The notes under the pieces: generated by a model | Database searches by the model: none | Seen by the model: only the letters and a program-made list of their open reading frames with translations | Told to the model about the DNA's origin: nothing | Source of the DNA: a virus | IMG/VR virus record: IMGVR_UViG_3300010413_001770 | Coordinates: 3,332-67,331 of that record | Reading direction: 5' to 3' (one strand) | Length of the DNA stretch: 64,000 bases | Part shown: in pieces, positions 46,127 to 56,946 of the stretch | How the letters are laid out: each line of letters starts with the position of its first letter | How positions within the stretch are numbered: the first letter of the stretch is position 1 | Position numbers and translations under genes: made by a program

Positions 46127-46636
46127 GTGTATGACCCCAGGGAGAAGGAATTCAATGTCCCGGCCTCGGACGTCCGCGGCCACAACACACGCGTGCAGTT
46201 CCGGATCCAGCCGGGGCACGCGCAACAACTGGATTCGGTCGTGGCGAGCAAGAAGTTCCCGTACCGCTCGAGGGGGGATCTGTACCGACACGCCCTCTTG
46301 CGTCACCTGAAGTGGCTGGAGGCGCAGGACGGGAGCATCCCGAGCGTGTTGCGCCAGGTGGAGGTGATACTCGAGCTCGTCCGGCAGGACGAGTTCCAGG
46401 TTGAGTTCGACATGGTGTTCGACCGGCTGCACACGCTGGTGAGTCAGCACATCGCGGCCAAGCGGGAGAATCAGGCGCGGAGGTTGATTTTGGACGTGAA
46501 GCACCAGATAGCGCTCATGCCGGACTGTCAGGCGAAGGAGGAGTATCAGAAGGCGCTGGAGGAGCGGTATTCGCACCTGATGAAGGGTGTGGTGCTGTTC
46601 CCGGAGCGGGATCGGGAAGCGGAAGGAGGAGAGTGA
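46127..46636 (+). CDS. Ribbon-helix-helix-like DNA-binding protein
   Basis: GTG with GAGGAGG RBS; RVQFRIQPGHAQQLDSVV...YRSRGDLYRHAL. Confidence 0.55.
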   Translation: MYDPREKEFNVPASDVRGHNTRVQFRIQPGHAQQLDSVVASKKFPYRSRGDLYRHALLRHLKWLEAQDGSIPSVLRQVEVILELVRQDEFQVEFDMVFDRLHTLVSQHIAAKRENQARRLILDVKHQIALMPDCQAKEEYQKALEERYSHLMKGVVLFPERDREAEGGE

Positions 46637-46798
46637 CGAATGAAATTCAAAGTGACCACCGGGAGTGAAAAGCGGGAGGCCTAGGTCCCCAGTTATTCCC
46701 GGGCTGGGGGGACTCCACGCAGTGCCCGGCCAGATGCTCCCATGTCAGCCTCCCTGGGGAGCCCACGCGACAAAGAGGATACCACTTGTAGGGTGCCC

Positions 46799-46894
46799 CG
46801 TCACTGGTCTAAGCGAAAGGCGTCTGGCACGAAGCCAATATCTTGCCCTTTGGCGGGTAGGTCAGGAGATCCGGGTTCGAGGCCCGGGTGATGA
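46799..46894 (+). ncRNA. tRNA-like structure (degenerate)
   Basis: Acceptor CGTCAC/GTGATG, D-like GTCT/AGGC, T arm CCGGG-TTCGAGG-CCCGG; non-canonical D loop and anticodon region. Confidence 0.35.
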
Positions 46895-46962
46895 AAAACA
46901 GGGCGAGTGGCCATAGTCCTGGGGCATCCCATCTTCTAATGCTCAGAGAAGGGAGCGAGTCG

Positions 46963-48477
46963 ATGTTCCCCACCGATATGCAACCATCCCATCTTGGATT
47001 CCGTCAACCATCCTGGCGGCCCGGCCAGCTCCCCGCCATTGCCAGGATCACGGATAGCCGCCAGTCAACTCGATTCTCCGGTCTCAGTGCTCCCACGGGA
47101 TTCGGCAAGTCCCTCGTCTACCTCGCCGCCGCCAAGCTCATCGGTCGCACCGTCGTCCTCACCTCCACGAAAGCACTCCAGGATCAGCTCGTGCGCGACG
47201 TCCCGGACGCCGTCACGGTCAAGGGCCGGTCCGAGTTCCCCTGTCTCTACCACGGCGGCCGCCACACGGCCGAGGCGGGCGTCTGCCGGATGCGCGTCCG
47301 CTGTCCGTACAAAGATAACGGCTGCCGCTACTGGTTACAGATCGAGTACGCCAAGCTCGCCGATCTGGTGATCACCAACTACGCGTTTTGGCTGACCGCT
47401 CGAGCGGCAGATCTCAGGGACTTCGACCTATTGGTGCTCGACGAAGCCCACACGGCGACTGATTGGCTCGACGAGGCGCTCACCGTCCGGTTGAGGGAGC
47501 CGACGATCCGGACCCGGCTCCCCGACTCCGAGGACCCGGCCGAGATCGCGTCCTGGGCTCGGGAACGGGCGGCCGTTCTTCCGGCACCGCCCAATAACGA
47601 CCCGTCCGCGATCCGGCGGTTCCTGCGCGCCAAGTCCCTCCTGGAGTCGGCGGCCCAGGCCGGGAAAGGTTGGGTAGCGGAGCGCATCAAGAACGGCGGC
47701 GGCCCGGGCGGGATCGACATGGCGCCGATCTGGAGCGGGACCGGGGAAGGGAAGACGCGGCTGTTCGGCGACCTTCCGAGAGTGCTACTCACGAGCGCCA
47801 CGCTCACGCGGAAGACGGTCGAGCTTCTCGGCGTAGCGGCGGATGAGCTCGACTGGCAGGAGCATGAGCATGGAACGCCGGTTGATAACCGTCGGTTAAC
47901 CTGGGTCCCCACCGTCCGTGTCAATCACCGGACAACCCGTAGTGAAATGATGGAGTGGGTGCGGCGCATTGACCAGATTTGTGGTGGACGCCTAGACAGG
48001 AAGGGGGTTATTCATACCGTCAGCTACTCGCGATCACAGCTGGTGCTCGAGAGGAGCGCATACTCGGAGTTAATGGTGGGGCACACGAGCGGCGGACTGG
48101 CAGCAGCGGTGACTCAGTACCTGAGCGGTGACCCGCCGCAGATCCTTGTCAGCCCCGCCGCGACCGAGGGGATCGACCTACCGGGTGACCAGTGTCGCTA
48201 CCAGGTGCTCGGCAAGATCCCCTACCCGTACACCGCAAGCAAGGTCATGCAGGCCCGGATGGCGCGGGACGCGGACTATGCGGGTTACCTGGCCATGAGC
48301 GCCCTTGTCCAGGCATGCGGGCGCGGGGTACGGTCCGCCGACGACTGGTGCGAGAACCTCATCATCGACGACAACATCCAGTGGTTCGCGCGACGCAACG
48401 GACGGTTCGCGCCCAAGTGGTTCATGGACGGCTACTGTGAGCGCTCCACGATTCCCGAGCCCCGGGAGATTTGGTAG
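46963..48477 (+). CDS. DinG/XPD-family SF2 helicase
   Basis: APTGFGKS, LDEAH, TSATL, EGIDLPGD and QACGRGVRSADD motifs; Fe-S Cys residues. Confidence 0.9.
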   Translation: MFPTDMQPSHLGFRQPSWRPGQLPAIARITDSRQSTRFSGLSAPTGFGKSLVYLAAAKLIGRTVVLTSTKALQDQLVRDVPDAVTVKGRSEFPCLYHGGRHTAEAGVCRMRVRCPYKDNGCRYWLQIEYAKLADLVITNYAFWLTARAADLRDFDLLVLDEAHTATDWLDEALTVRLREPTIRTRLPDSEDPAEIASWARERAAVLPAPPNNDPSAIRRFLRAKSLLESAAQAGKGWVAERIKNGGGPGGIDMAPIWSGTGEGKTRLFGDLPRVLLTSATLTRKTVELLGVAADELDWQEHEHGTPVDNRRLTWVPTVRVNHRTTRSEMMEWVRRIDQICGGRLDRKGVIHTVSYSRSQLVLERSAYSELMVGHTSGGLAAAVTQYLSGDPPQILVSPAATEGIDLPGDQCRYQVLGKIPYPYTASKVMQARMARDADYAGYLAMSALVQACGRGVRSADDWCENLIIDDNIQWFARRNGRFAPKWFMDGYCERSTIPEPREIW

Positions 48478-48484
48478 GGACGGT

Positions 48485-48772
48485 ATGCTGACCGATCGGA
48501 CGGACCACGTCCGGCCTGTTCTGGACTGTGAGGTAACCGTGGCGCCCGACGGATCGGACATCCAGTCCATCCGCTGCCACACATGTGAGCGAATCACGCT
48601 CGAGCCTCTGTATCGGCTCTCGATCGGCCGAGAACCCGGCTGGAGCATGCACCCGGTTCTCTGTCTCGAGTGCGTCAGCCGGTTAACCCTTGCAATCTCA
48701 ACCAGTGTGCGCGACCAAACCTTCGACGGGGAGGCGACAACTCAGGGAGCCACAACCACATCCAGAACCTAG
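48485..48772 (+). CDS. Small Zn-finger hypothetical protein
   Basis: CHTC and LCLEC pairs. Confidence 0.5.
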   Translation: MLTDRTDHVRPVLDCEVTVAPDGSDIQSIRCHTCERITLEPLYRLSIGREPGWSMHPVLCLECVSRLTLAISTSVRDQTFDGEATTQGATTTSRT

Positions 48773-49032
48773 CGCGATGGGCGGCAGCTTAAGGGGTGGA
48801 TACCCTATCGTCCAGTTCAAGTCGGTAGCGCGCCGCAGCGGGATGGACCGGAAAACGCGCACTTCCGGTCGCCCGCAGGAGAACTCGACGAAAACGCGAA
48901 TCCCTCGAGGGGGGTGAGAAGCCCCCCACTTTATTAGCCGCGAGCCGCGAGCCGCGAGCCGCGACAAGTGACACGCAGCACGCTCATCAGGGGCAATCGA
49001 TTCCCCCGACCAACCACAGAGGAGAACTACCC

Positions 49033-49833
49033 ATGGCAGGAATCAGTCTCAACCCGGAAACCTTCGTAGAGGGCGGACTCCTGGACGATGCCGACGTCGT
49101 GTTCAAGGAGGCCGCGTTCGAGCTCTGGGACTACCAGGGAAAGTCCCCCGTCCAGGTCCCCGCTCTCAAGCTCACGATGGAGCTCGACGGCGGCGACACG
49201 TTCGAGCAGTACTACTCGATGGGGAGCGCCAACGACTGGATGCCGAGCGAGGACGGCAAGAGCCTGATGGCGGTCGGCGGCGCGACCGGGATTCGGAAGT
49301 CGACGAACGGGAGCCTGTTCCTGACGAGCTTGGTGAATGCCGGCTTCCCGGCCAGCAAGCTCGGCGATGACATCACGGTGATCGTGGGGACCAAGGCCCA
49401 CATGATTCAGAAGGCGCAGCCGAAACGGGCCGGCCTCGAGGGCGGCGACAAGCGGAAGGGTGCGGACGGCAAGGAGTACGACCGGACGCTGCTGGTGGTG
49501 GAGTCGATCAAGGAGTTGCCGAAGGGCGTCGGGAAGGTAGCGGCTGGAGGAGGGAAGACGGCCGCCGGGAAGGGCGCCGGGAAAGCGGCCGCTGCTGCTA
49601 CGGCTGAGTCCGAAGAGGGCGGCGCCGAGGACGTGGCGGTCGCGACGATCCTGCAGCTCCTGGCCGAGTCCCCCGTCCTCGAGAAAACGAAGCTCCCGGC
49701 CGAGTGCTTCAAGGTGATCAAGGGTAACCCGCACCAGGCGGCCGTGCTCAAGCTCGTGTTCTCGGATGAGTTTCTGGGCGCGGATGGCCGCCCCTGGAAC
49801 TACGCCGATGGAGTGGTGTCGGCGGCCGGGTAG
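49033..49833 (+). CDS. Putative ssDNA-binding/replication accessory protein
   Basis: Strong RBS, beta-rich N-terminus, Ala/Gly/Lys linker, located in the replication module; function inferred from context only. Confidence 0.5.
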   Translation: MAGISLNPETFVEGGLLDDADVVFKEAAFELWDYQGKSPVQVPALKLTMELDGGDTFEQYYSMGSANDWMPSEDGKSLMAVGGATGIRKSTNGSLFLTSLVNAGFPASKLGDDITVIVGTKAHMIQKAQPKRAGLEGGDKRKGADGKEYDRTLLVVESIKELPKGVGKVAAGGGKTAAGKGAGKAAAAATAESEEGGAEDVAVATILQLLAESPVLEKTKLPAECFKVIKGNPHQAAVLKLVFSDEFLGADGRPWNYADGVVSAAG

Positions 49834-49873
49834 TGACCAACGAGTGAGGAATCCCAGTCCCTCATAACCTCGA

Positions 49874-49937
49874 GCCCCCCGGGGAGGCTGAACCGACAAC
49901 CGGATACCAGCCGATAGATCCCCGGGGGTTTCTTTTT
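49874..49937 (+). terminator. Terminator-like structured element
   Basis: CCCCCGGGG...CCCCGGGGG followed by TTTCTTTTT, with an inner GGCTG/CAGCC stem. Confidence 0.6.
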
Positions 49938-50476
49938 GCCTGGGAGGAAGAGGAGGAGGGAGTCAATGCCGATGGAGGATCCCAGCCTGTCCGAACAGCT
50001 ATCCGAATTGGACCTGACGCAAGATTACCTGGTCGTCTGTGACGAGGTCATCGAGGACCTGGAGGCGGTAGTCAATCATCTCATGATGATCGGGTGGAAA
50101 CCGACGGGCGGCGTGTCGGTGAGTGTGTGGCCCAACGGAGATCTAGGAGGTACTTACTATGCACTGTACACTCAAGCGATGATCAAGGGGGCGTCCGAAT
50201 GAAATCACTTCAGCTGCGTTCAATAGACTCTGTAGGAGATCTACGCCGATGGCTTGAACCTCTGCCGGATGATCAAATGATAGAAGTTGATATTGTTTTG
50301 CTAGATGATCCAGACATTTCTAACGCGCCTATGGAGAGTTTGAAAACTTGGATTGTGACTCGAGACTCCTGGAGACATCCTGCAAAAAAAGAATGGAGAC
50401 GAAGATACGGTTTCGACTTTCCTCGATACGGTAGTGGTCCCGACCAAGTGGAGGACACTCAGACAGGATATATCCC

Positions 50477-51169
50477 ATGAAATCACTCGAATCGGTCGGC
50501 TTCACGACGGAGCGCTCCACGCCCAAGCGCCGGATGCTGCTCTCGATCTGCGGCCGAGAAAAACAAGGCAAGACACACTTTGCGCTTACCGCCCCCGGCC
50601 CTATTGCTCTCATCGACATGGACATCGGGACCGAGGGCGTGATCGAGAAGTTCGCCGACAAGAAGATCTACTACCTCGACTTCAAGCCGCCCGAGGACCG
50701 CGCCCTCGCCGAGTCCGATTGGGACCGCCTCGTCGAAGGCTACTCCGCCGTCCTGGAGCACCCCGAGATCCGGACGCTCATCTGGGACACGGCGACCGAA
50801 GGGTGGGAGCTCCTGCGGATGGCACGGTTCGGGAAACTCTCGCAAGTGATGCCGCATGCGTACGGGCCGGTAAACGCAGAGTGGCGGCGGCTGATCCGGA
50901 AAGCGTATGACGCGGACGTGAACCTGATCCTATTGCACAAGATGAAGCGCATGTACGTGAACGACAAGTGGAACGGGAAGTACGAGCGGTCGGGATTCTC
51001 GGATATCGGGTTCCTGGCGCAGTGTAACGCCGAAGTGAGTCGGAACGCGGAGACGGGCGAGTTCCGCTGTCACGTGATCGACAGCCGACAGAACCCGGAT
51101 CTCGCCGGGATGGATCTCGAGGGGCCTATGTGTACGTTCGAGACGCTGCTCGATTTGGTGTTCTCATGA
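50477..51169 (+). CDS. AAA/RecA-like ATPase (Sak4/AAA_24-type recombinase)
   Basis: GREKQGKT Walker A, IDMDIG, LIWDT and NLILLH motifs. Confidence 0.75.
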   Translation: MKSLESVGFTTERSTPKRRMLLSICGREKQGKTHFALTAPGPIALIDMDIGTEGVIEKFADKKIYYLDFKPPEDRALAESDWDRLVEGYSAVLEHPEIRTLIWDTATEGWELLRMARFGKLSQVMPHAYGPVNAEWRRLIRKAYDADVNLILLHKMKRMYVNDKWNGKYERSGFSDIGFLAQCNAEVSRNAETGEFRCHVIDSRQNPDLAGMDLEGPMCTFETLLDLVFS

Positions 51170-51866
51170 GCGGGAAGTTCCACTCCAGCATCGGCGTGAT
51201 CCGCGCGGTCGAGGAGTGCTTCCAGGTGATCGCGGAAGGGGTTGACGAGGCGCTGGAGACCCTCTACGGAGAGCGCCGCGGGTTCGTGCTGCTCACGTTC
51301 GAGTTTGACGCTCCTGGACTGGGAGCGTACGTGAGCAACGGGAATCGGTCCGACGTCGTCCACTGCCTACGCGAGTTCCTGGACCGGTATGAACGCGGCG
51401 AAATGATCGGGAGAGCGGAAGGGGAGGCGTGAGCGCATGAGTGAACGCAAGGGAGACCCGCTACCCTCCGCCCGCGACCAGGCCGGTCAACCGATAACCA
51501 TTCTCGGCTCTTGGGTCCGCACGTGTGGGCACTGGGATGCTGCGGTGCTTCCCCCTCCACTCCTCTACATGGAGGTCCGGAGCCTGGACGAGCAGATGGA
51601 AGCCGAGACGGACTTCGGCATGACGGTCGCCGAGATCCGGATGGAGGGGCGACCGCAGTGCGCGCAGTGTGGGGAGCCGCTCGAAGGAGAGTCCAGTACA
51701 TGAGACTATTTATACTGAAGCATATAGTGCTCACTCTTCCAGTTATAGGAGTTGGGGTGATTTTGGGCCTATCAGGTTTTGGAATAGACCGTTGGGAGAC
51801 GTGGGCGGTTGTGACTCTTACGGCTCTTGCCGGTCATGCTGGATTTTTAATTGGGGAGCGCTGCAC

Positions 51867-52607
51867 GTGATCCTCATCGACGACCGCATCGGGAGCTCCC
51901 ATCTCGGCGACCACCTCCGCCCGGGGATTCTCCACTCCCTCACCCGGCTCGAGTACGCCGACTGCATGTGGGCGGGGAACGGTCCGACCGGGTCGACACT
52001 CGTCGGCGTCGAGCTCAAGACCTTGAGCGATCTCCTCTCGAGCATGCAGTCCGGGAGGCTGATGGGGCATCAGCTCATCGGCATGGCGCAAGAGTTCCCC
52101 TACCGGTATCTGGTCGTCGAGGGGAGCTGGCGGACCGACCAGGACACGGGGACGCTCGAGACCTGGAGGCCGGGCGGCTGGCGGCCCTTCACGCTCGGGA
52201 ACCGACGCTTCACGGGCCGCGAGCTGGAGGCGTTTCTCGTCGCGGTCGGAGCAGTCGCCGGCACTCACGTCATCCAGACCCGCGGCCGAGCCCACACCGG
52301 GGAGTGGGTCAGCACGTGCTACAGCTGGTGGCAGAAGGAGTGGAAGCGCCACCAGACGACCAGTGCGTGGAAGACCATTTCGGAAGAGGGGGCGCCGAAG
52401 AACGCGTTCCTGGTGCGGCCGAACATCGTCATGCGGGTCGCTAAGGAGATCGACGGCGTCGGCTGGGATCGGGCGCGTAAGCTCGGGGAGCGGTACTCAA
52501 GCGTCCTCGAGCTGGCACTGGCGACCGAAGACGAACTCATGACCGTGGACGGTATCGGCAAGAAGGTAGCCGCCGAGATCCGGAAAGCGATGACGATGGT
52601 CGGGTAG
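51867..52607 (+). CDS. ERCC4/XPF-type nuclease with HhH (Holliday junction resolvase-like)
   Basis: ILIDDR, LEYADC, GVELKTLSDL, YLVVEG and VDGIGKKVA motifs. Confidence 0.85.
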   Translation: MILIDDRIGSSHLGDHLRPGILHSLTRLEYADCMWAGNGPTGSTLVGVELKTLSDLLSSMQSGRLMGHQLIGMAQEFPYRYLVVEGSWRTDQDTGTLETWRPGGWRPFTLGNRRFTGRELEAFLVAVGAVAGTHVIQTRGRAHTGEWVSTCYSWWQKEWKRHQTTSAWKTISEEGAPKNAFLVRPNIVMRVAKEIDGVGWDRARKLGERYSSVLELALATEDELMTVDGIGKKVAAEIRKAMTMVG

Positions 52608-52666
52608 CTGATCGAGATCCGACCTCCGACCCCCAACTCTAGCTCCCGCTCCAGTGAGGACTCCCG

Positions 52667-55600
52667 ATGCCCGTCTCCCGTAACCAGTTCACCTGCGCCG
52701 CCTGTCCCCTCCACACGACCCGCCGTCAGATCGTCTGGGGAGCCGGCGACCCCCACCAGGCCTCGGTCGCCTTCATCGGGGAAGCCCCCGGCGAACAGGA
52801 AGACCTCGACGGGAAACCGTTCGTAGGCCGCACCGGCCGCATCTTAGAGCACCTCATCCGCCGCACCGGGATGGCATACCAAGCCCACCGCGTGTATCTC
52901 ACCAACGTGGTGAAGTGCCGGCCACCCGCAAACCGCGACCCCACCCCGATCGAGTTCAACACGTGCCGGAAACTCTGGCTCCGGGATGAGATAGCCGACA
53001 TGGCGGCCGACGTGATCGTCCTCCTGGGGCGGTTCGCGATCCGGCAAGTGTTATCCGCCGACCTGACCGTCGAGCTCTCTACCGGCATCCCCTACCGGCT
53101 CCCGGTAGGCGGCCGCTCCCGCATCCTCCTCCCGATCATGCACCCGGCCGCCGGCCTCCGCTCCCCGGAAGACATGGCGGTCGTGATGGACGGCTTCGAC
53201 ACGCTCGCCCGCCTCCTCCGGGGAGACTATCCGGCGGACCAGATCCGAACCACTGTCCTCGGAACGACGAACGGAGAATACCGTCTGATCAACAATCACA
53301 TGGAGCTCGACGCGGAACTGTTCGCGGCGAACTGGATCGACCGGGCGACCATCTGCGTCGACACGGAAACAACCTACGACGGCCGCGCACTATTCGTCCA
53401 GCTCAGTTGGGAGTCCGGGCACGCCATCGTCGTTCCCGCCGACAATCCCGATCTCATGCGCCTCGTCGCCCGCGTCCTCGCCAAGCCGACGATCACTACG
53501 GTCGTCCACAACGCGATGTTCGACCTCCCGGTCCTCGAGTCCGTCGGGATCCGCCCCTACCGCACGCTCGACACGATGGTGATGGCATACTTGAGCGGGC
53601 AACCGCAAGGTCTCAAGCCGCTCGCGTACCGGATCGCCGGCATGGCGATGGACAGCTACTCGGACGTCACGGCAGTGGCGGGGACGGAGAAGTACGTCGA
53701 GTTCCTGGGCCGGATGGTGGAAATGGAGTGGCCTACACCAGAACCGGAGCTCTCCTTCACGGCGGACGGGGAGCCGAAGGTCCGGAAACCTCGCGGACCG
53801 GCGAGTCGCGCCAAGAAGGTGCTTGCCGACATCGAGAAGGCAGCGGCGGACGGCACTTCAGTCGATATCCCCGCTCGGGTCCAGAAAATCATCACCGACC
53901 TGGGGGACATGATCTCTCCAGTCCTGACGCTCCCAGGGACCGACCTCCGCGATATTCCGCTCGACGACGCCGTCCACTACTCCGGCCGGGACGCGGACGC
54001 GACCACACGAGTGTACCCGGAGCTTCACCGTCGCGTGTCGGATCTCGGCATGGAAGAAACGCTCGAGCGCGACATGCGAGCACTCAAGCTCTGCGACCAG
54101 ATGCAGCGAACCGGCTTCCAGGTCGACATTCCCTACATGGAGGGGTTGAGCGACTACTTCTTCAGCCGGATGGCGGAAGTGGAGGAACGCGCGCATCGGA
54201 TCGCGGGTCGGTACGTGAATCTGGGCTCTCCGGATCAGGTGGCTGAGTTGCTGTACCGGGATATGAAGTTCCCCGACCAGGGCACGACCGACGCGACGGC
54301 ACTCCAGAAGCTCAGCTACGACGACCCGTCCGGGATTTGCCTGACCGTGCTCGAGTACCGCCAGTTCCAGAAACTCCGGTCGACCTACTCGAGCGTGATC
54401 CCCCGGCTGGCGCGCTCAGACGGTCGCGTCCATGCCGACATTCGGATCACGCGGACGAGTACCGGGAGACTGAGCACCGCCAACCCCAACCTGATGGCGA
54501 TCCCGGTGCGGACCGATGAAGGCCGGAAGATCCGGGGAGGGTTCGTCGCGCGCGAAGGATTCTCGCTGGTCTCGGCCGACTACTGTCTTGTCCGCACGAC
54601 ACCGGTCGTCACGACAACCGGGATCAAGCCGATCGGGGACGTCACTCCGGGTGACGGTGTCCTGTCGAACCGAACCTCGGACGACACTCTCCGGTTCTCG
54701 AGCGTGATCCGGACACTCTCGTTCCCAGTTCCCAAACAGAACTTACTCCAACTGTATTTGTGCGGCCGGAAGAAACCCGTTATCTGTACATCGGATCACG
54801 AGTGGATCACGTTTTCTGGAGATCGCGTCAAGACTGCGGATCTGAGACCGGGCGACAGACTTCGACACGTGAAAGCGGGTCATGCGGGACGGGCAAAGTA
54901 CCCGACGTGGTATACGAGATCCAATCGATCTTACGTTTACAAGCACCGAATCTGTGCCGAGTATGTACATGGGGAACAGCCGGATGACTGTCACGTGGAT
55001 CACATTAACGGAGACGTAGAAAACTGGACAGAAGGCAATCTCAGATACCTTCCGGCTAGAGAGAATCACGCACAAGGAGGTCGACGCTATTGGGCCACCG
55101 TAAAAGCGGGGGAGAGATCCGACGAGAACCGACTCAACGGTCTCCGGGTCGGGCTGTCCAAGCGGCGGTCGTACTCTGGAGAAGGGAATCCGAATTACGG
55201 AAAACGAAAAGGAGAGGACCGGACATGTCCGCAGTGTGGGGAGATTTTTTACGCACCTCCGTGTCGGTCCTCCAAGTTCTGCTCCGGGACTTGCTACCAC
55301 GCGAGTCGACGGAGAGTTAGCGAAAATTACGTAGTGGATCGCGTCGAACCTCACGACAGAGACGAAGTAGTCTGTCACCTGGAGGTTGCGGAGGATCACA
55401 CGTTCGTACTCCAGAGCGGGCTCGTGAGCGGTAACTCCCAGATCGAGATGAAAGTAGCAGCGTTCGTCAGTCAAGATCCCAACATGCTGGAGGTCTTCCT
55501 TTCCGGTGATGATCTCCACACGAGAACCGCCATGTGGATGTTCGGGATTGACGACCCGGCCAAGGTCGACAAGGAGAAGCACCGCTACCCGGCGAAACGT

Positions 55601-56158
55601 GTCGGCTTCGGCGTTCTCTACATGATCTCGGCACTCGGTCTCCAGCGCCAGCTGGTCGCCGAGACGGGGGACGCGGCCTACTGGACGGTCGAACGCTGTC
55701 AGGACGCGATCGACCGCTGGTTCGGGGCGTTCGGCCGCGTCCGCGACATGATCGAAGCGTTTCTCTCCGAAGCCCGGATGACCGGCATGGTGACGGACCT
55801 CTTCGGCCGCAAACGCCGCGTCCCTTGGTGCCGAATCCCGCCGAACGTGGACGGTAAGCTCCACGAGGAGGGGCTCAAGCAGGCCGGGAATGCGCCGATA
55901 CAATCAGGAGCGCAAGGGTTGATGAAACAGGCGATGGGGGACCTGGTCGAGATCCTTCCGGCATTCGAGGGGGTCGTGTACCCGGTACTCCAGATCCACG
56001 ACGACCTCTTGTGGGAAGTCCGGGACGACGTGGTCGAGGATTGGCTCGGCGTGCTCATCCCGGTGATGGAGTCCGCCGACCAGAGCGCGGGCATCCCGAT
56101 GGGGATTCCCATCACGGTCGACACAAAGGTAGGGAAGCGGTGGAACGAACTCGAGTAG
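52667..56158 (+). CDS. polA: Family-4 uracil-DNA glycosylase / 3'-5' exonuclease / family A DNA polymerase fusion, intein-containing
   Basis: UDG: GEAPGEQED, NVVKCRPP, HPAA. Exonuclease: VDTET, HNAMFDL. Polymerase: TGRLSTANPNL, DY|SQIE, AKRVGFGVLY, IQSGA, QIHDDL. Confidence 0.93.
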   Translation: MPVSRNQFTCAACPLHTTRRQIVWGAGDPHQASVAFIGEAPGEQEDLDGKPFVGRTGRILEHLIRRTGMAYQAHRVYLTNVVKCRPPANRDPTPIEFNTCRKLWLRDEIADMAADVIVLLGRFAIRQVLSADLTVELSTGIPYRLPVGGRSRILLPIMHPAAGLRSPEDMAVVMDGFDTLARLLRGDYPADQIRTTVLGTTNGEYRLINNHMELDAELFAANWIDRATICVDTETTYDGRALFVQLSWESGHAIVVPADNPDLMRLVARVLAKPTITTVVHNAMFDLPVLESVGIRPYRTLDTMVMAYLSGQPQGLKPLAYRIAGMAMDSYSDVTAVAGTEKYVEFLGRMVEMEWPTPEPELSFTADGEPKVRKPRGPASRAKKVLADIEKAAADGTSVDIPARVQKIITDLGDMISPVLTLPGTDLRDIPLDDAVHYSGRDADATTRVYPELHRRVSDLGMEETLERDMRALKLCDQMQRTGFQVDIPYMEGLSDYFFSRMAEVEERAHRIAGRYVNLGSPDQVAELLYRDMKFPDQGTTDATALQKLSYDDPSGICLTVLEYRQFQKLRSTYSSVIPRLARSDGRVHADIRITRTSTGRLSTANPNLMAIPVRTDEGRKIRGGFVAREGFSLVSADYCLVRTTPVVTTTGIKPIGDVTPGDGVLSNRTSDDTLRFSSVIRTLSFPVPKQNLLQLYLCGRKKPVICTSDHEWITFSGDRVKTADLRPGDRLRHVKAGHAGRAKYPTWYTRSNRSYVYKHRICAEYVHGEQPDDCHVDHINGDVENWTEGNLRYLPARENHAQGGRRYWATVKAGERSDENRLNGLRVGLSKRRSYSGEGNPNYGKRKGEDRTCPQCGEIFYAPPCRSSKFCSGTCYHASRRRVSENYVVDRVEPHDRDEVVCHLEVAEDHTFVLQSGLVSGNSQIEMKVAAFVSQDPNMLEVFLSGDDLHTRTAMWMFGIDDPAKVDKEKHRYPAKRVGFGVLYMISALGLQRQLVAETGDAAYWTVERCQDAIDRWFGAFGRVRDMIEAFLSEARMTGMVTDLFGRKRRVPWCRIPPNVDGKLHEEGLKQAGNAPIQSGAQGLMKQAMGDLVEILPAFEGVVYPVLQIHDDLLWEVRDDVVEDWLGVLIPVMESADQSAGIPMGIPITVDTKVGKRWNELE
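54584..55435 (+). mobile_element. Intein with an HNH homing endonuclease in PolA motif A
   Basis: SADY|CLVRTTPV...TSDHEW...HVDHINGDVENW...NL...HTFVLQSGLVSGN|SQIE; 284 aa. Confidence 0.9.
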
Positions 56159-56180
56159 GACGACGCGACAGGAGGATGCG

Positions 56181-56765
56181 ATGTCCCAACAGCCGCCGAA
56201 TGGTCATCCTTGGAAGTTTGCATGGAAGCGGGGGGCAACCGAGTCAGCCGAGTCAGCCGAGTCGACCGCAGCAGCCACCCCCATCCCGGAATCCCCCAAC
56301 CGTCCGCCCGAGTCCGACCCGGCCGCTTGGCTCGCCGCCCACGCCGCCGATCTCCTCGACTGCCCCCTCGGCCCTCTTGGTATCCGCATCCTCCCCGCCG
56401 CATGCGCCGCTCGCCAACGAGCCGCCAAGATTCACTGCCGGTGCGTCGACCCTCCAGTCTCCTCGGCAGACCGGGAGGGCTCACTCGCCGGGGATGCCGA
56501 CCACTATCAACTCAAGGCCCGCCGCGGGAGTCTGGCGCAGAAGTACGGCCGGCACGCGGCGGACCAGTTCTCAGAGGCCGACGCCCCCGCCGAGCTCAAA
56601 GGGACAGCCGGGACGACGAGACGGAAAGCGACAAAACGACCAGAGAACGGAGAGTCCGCAGGAGGAGCGGAGTTCGTTCCGGATCGGGAAGCGGAAACCT
56701 GGCAGAGGAGAGAAGAGGACCGGGAATTGATCCGGGACATCATGAGCGGGAGGATATGGGCATGA
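56181..56765 (+). CDS. Hypothetical protein
   Basis: AGGAGG RBS; 194 aa. Confidence 0.55.
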   Translation: MSQQPPNGHPWKFAWKRGATESAESAESTAAATPIPESPNRPPESDPAAWLAAHAADLLDCPLGPLGIRILPAACAARQRAAKIHCRCVDPPVSSADREGSLAGDADHYQLKARRGSLAQKYGRHAADQFSEADAPAELKGTAGTTRRKATKRPENGESAGGAEFVPDREAETWQRREEDRELIRDIMSGRIWA

Positions 56766-56946
56766 TGTGCGAACACGGAACAGCAAACAGGTTCAGTTGT
56801 GACGACAACGTAAAACCTAGGTTTTTCTACGGAATTGAATACACCCTGTGTGACCACCACTACATCGTCATGCTCGGTAAATTCCAGAACGAGAAGGATT
56901 TCCGCTATCAGATACTAGCAGAAAGCAAGAAACGGAAAATTGTAGG

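Noticed and set aside
48937-48965. (GCCGCGA)x4 tandem repeat
   Set aside because: It is real, but short, intergenic and without supporting context beyond the general tendency of this genome to carry 7-8 bp microrepeats.
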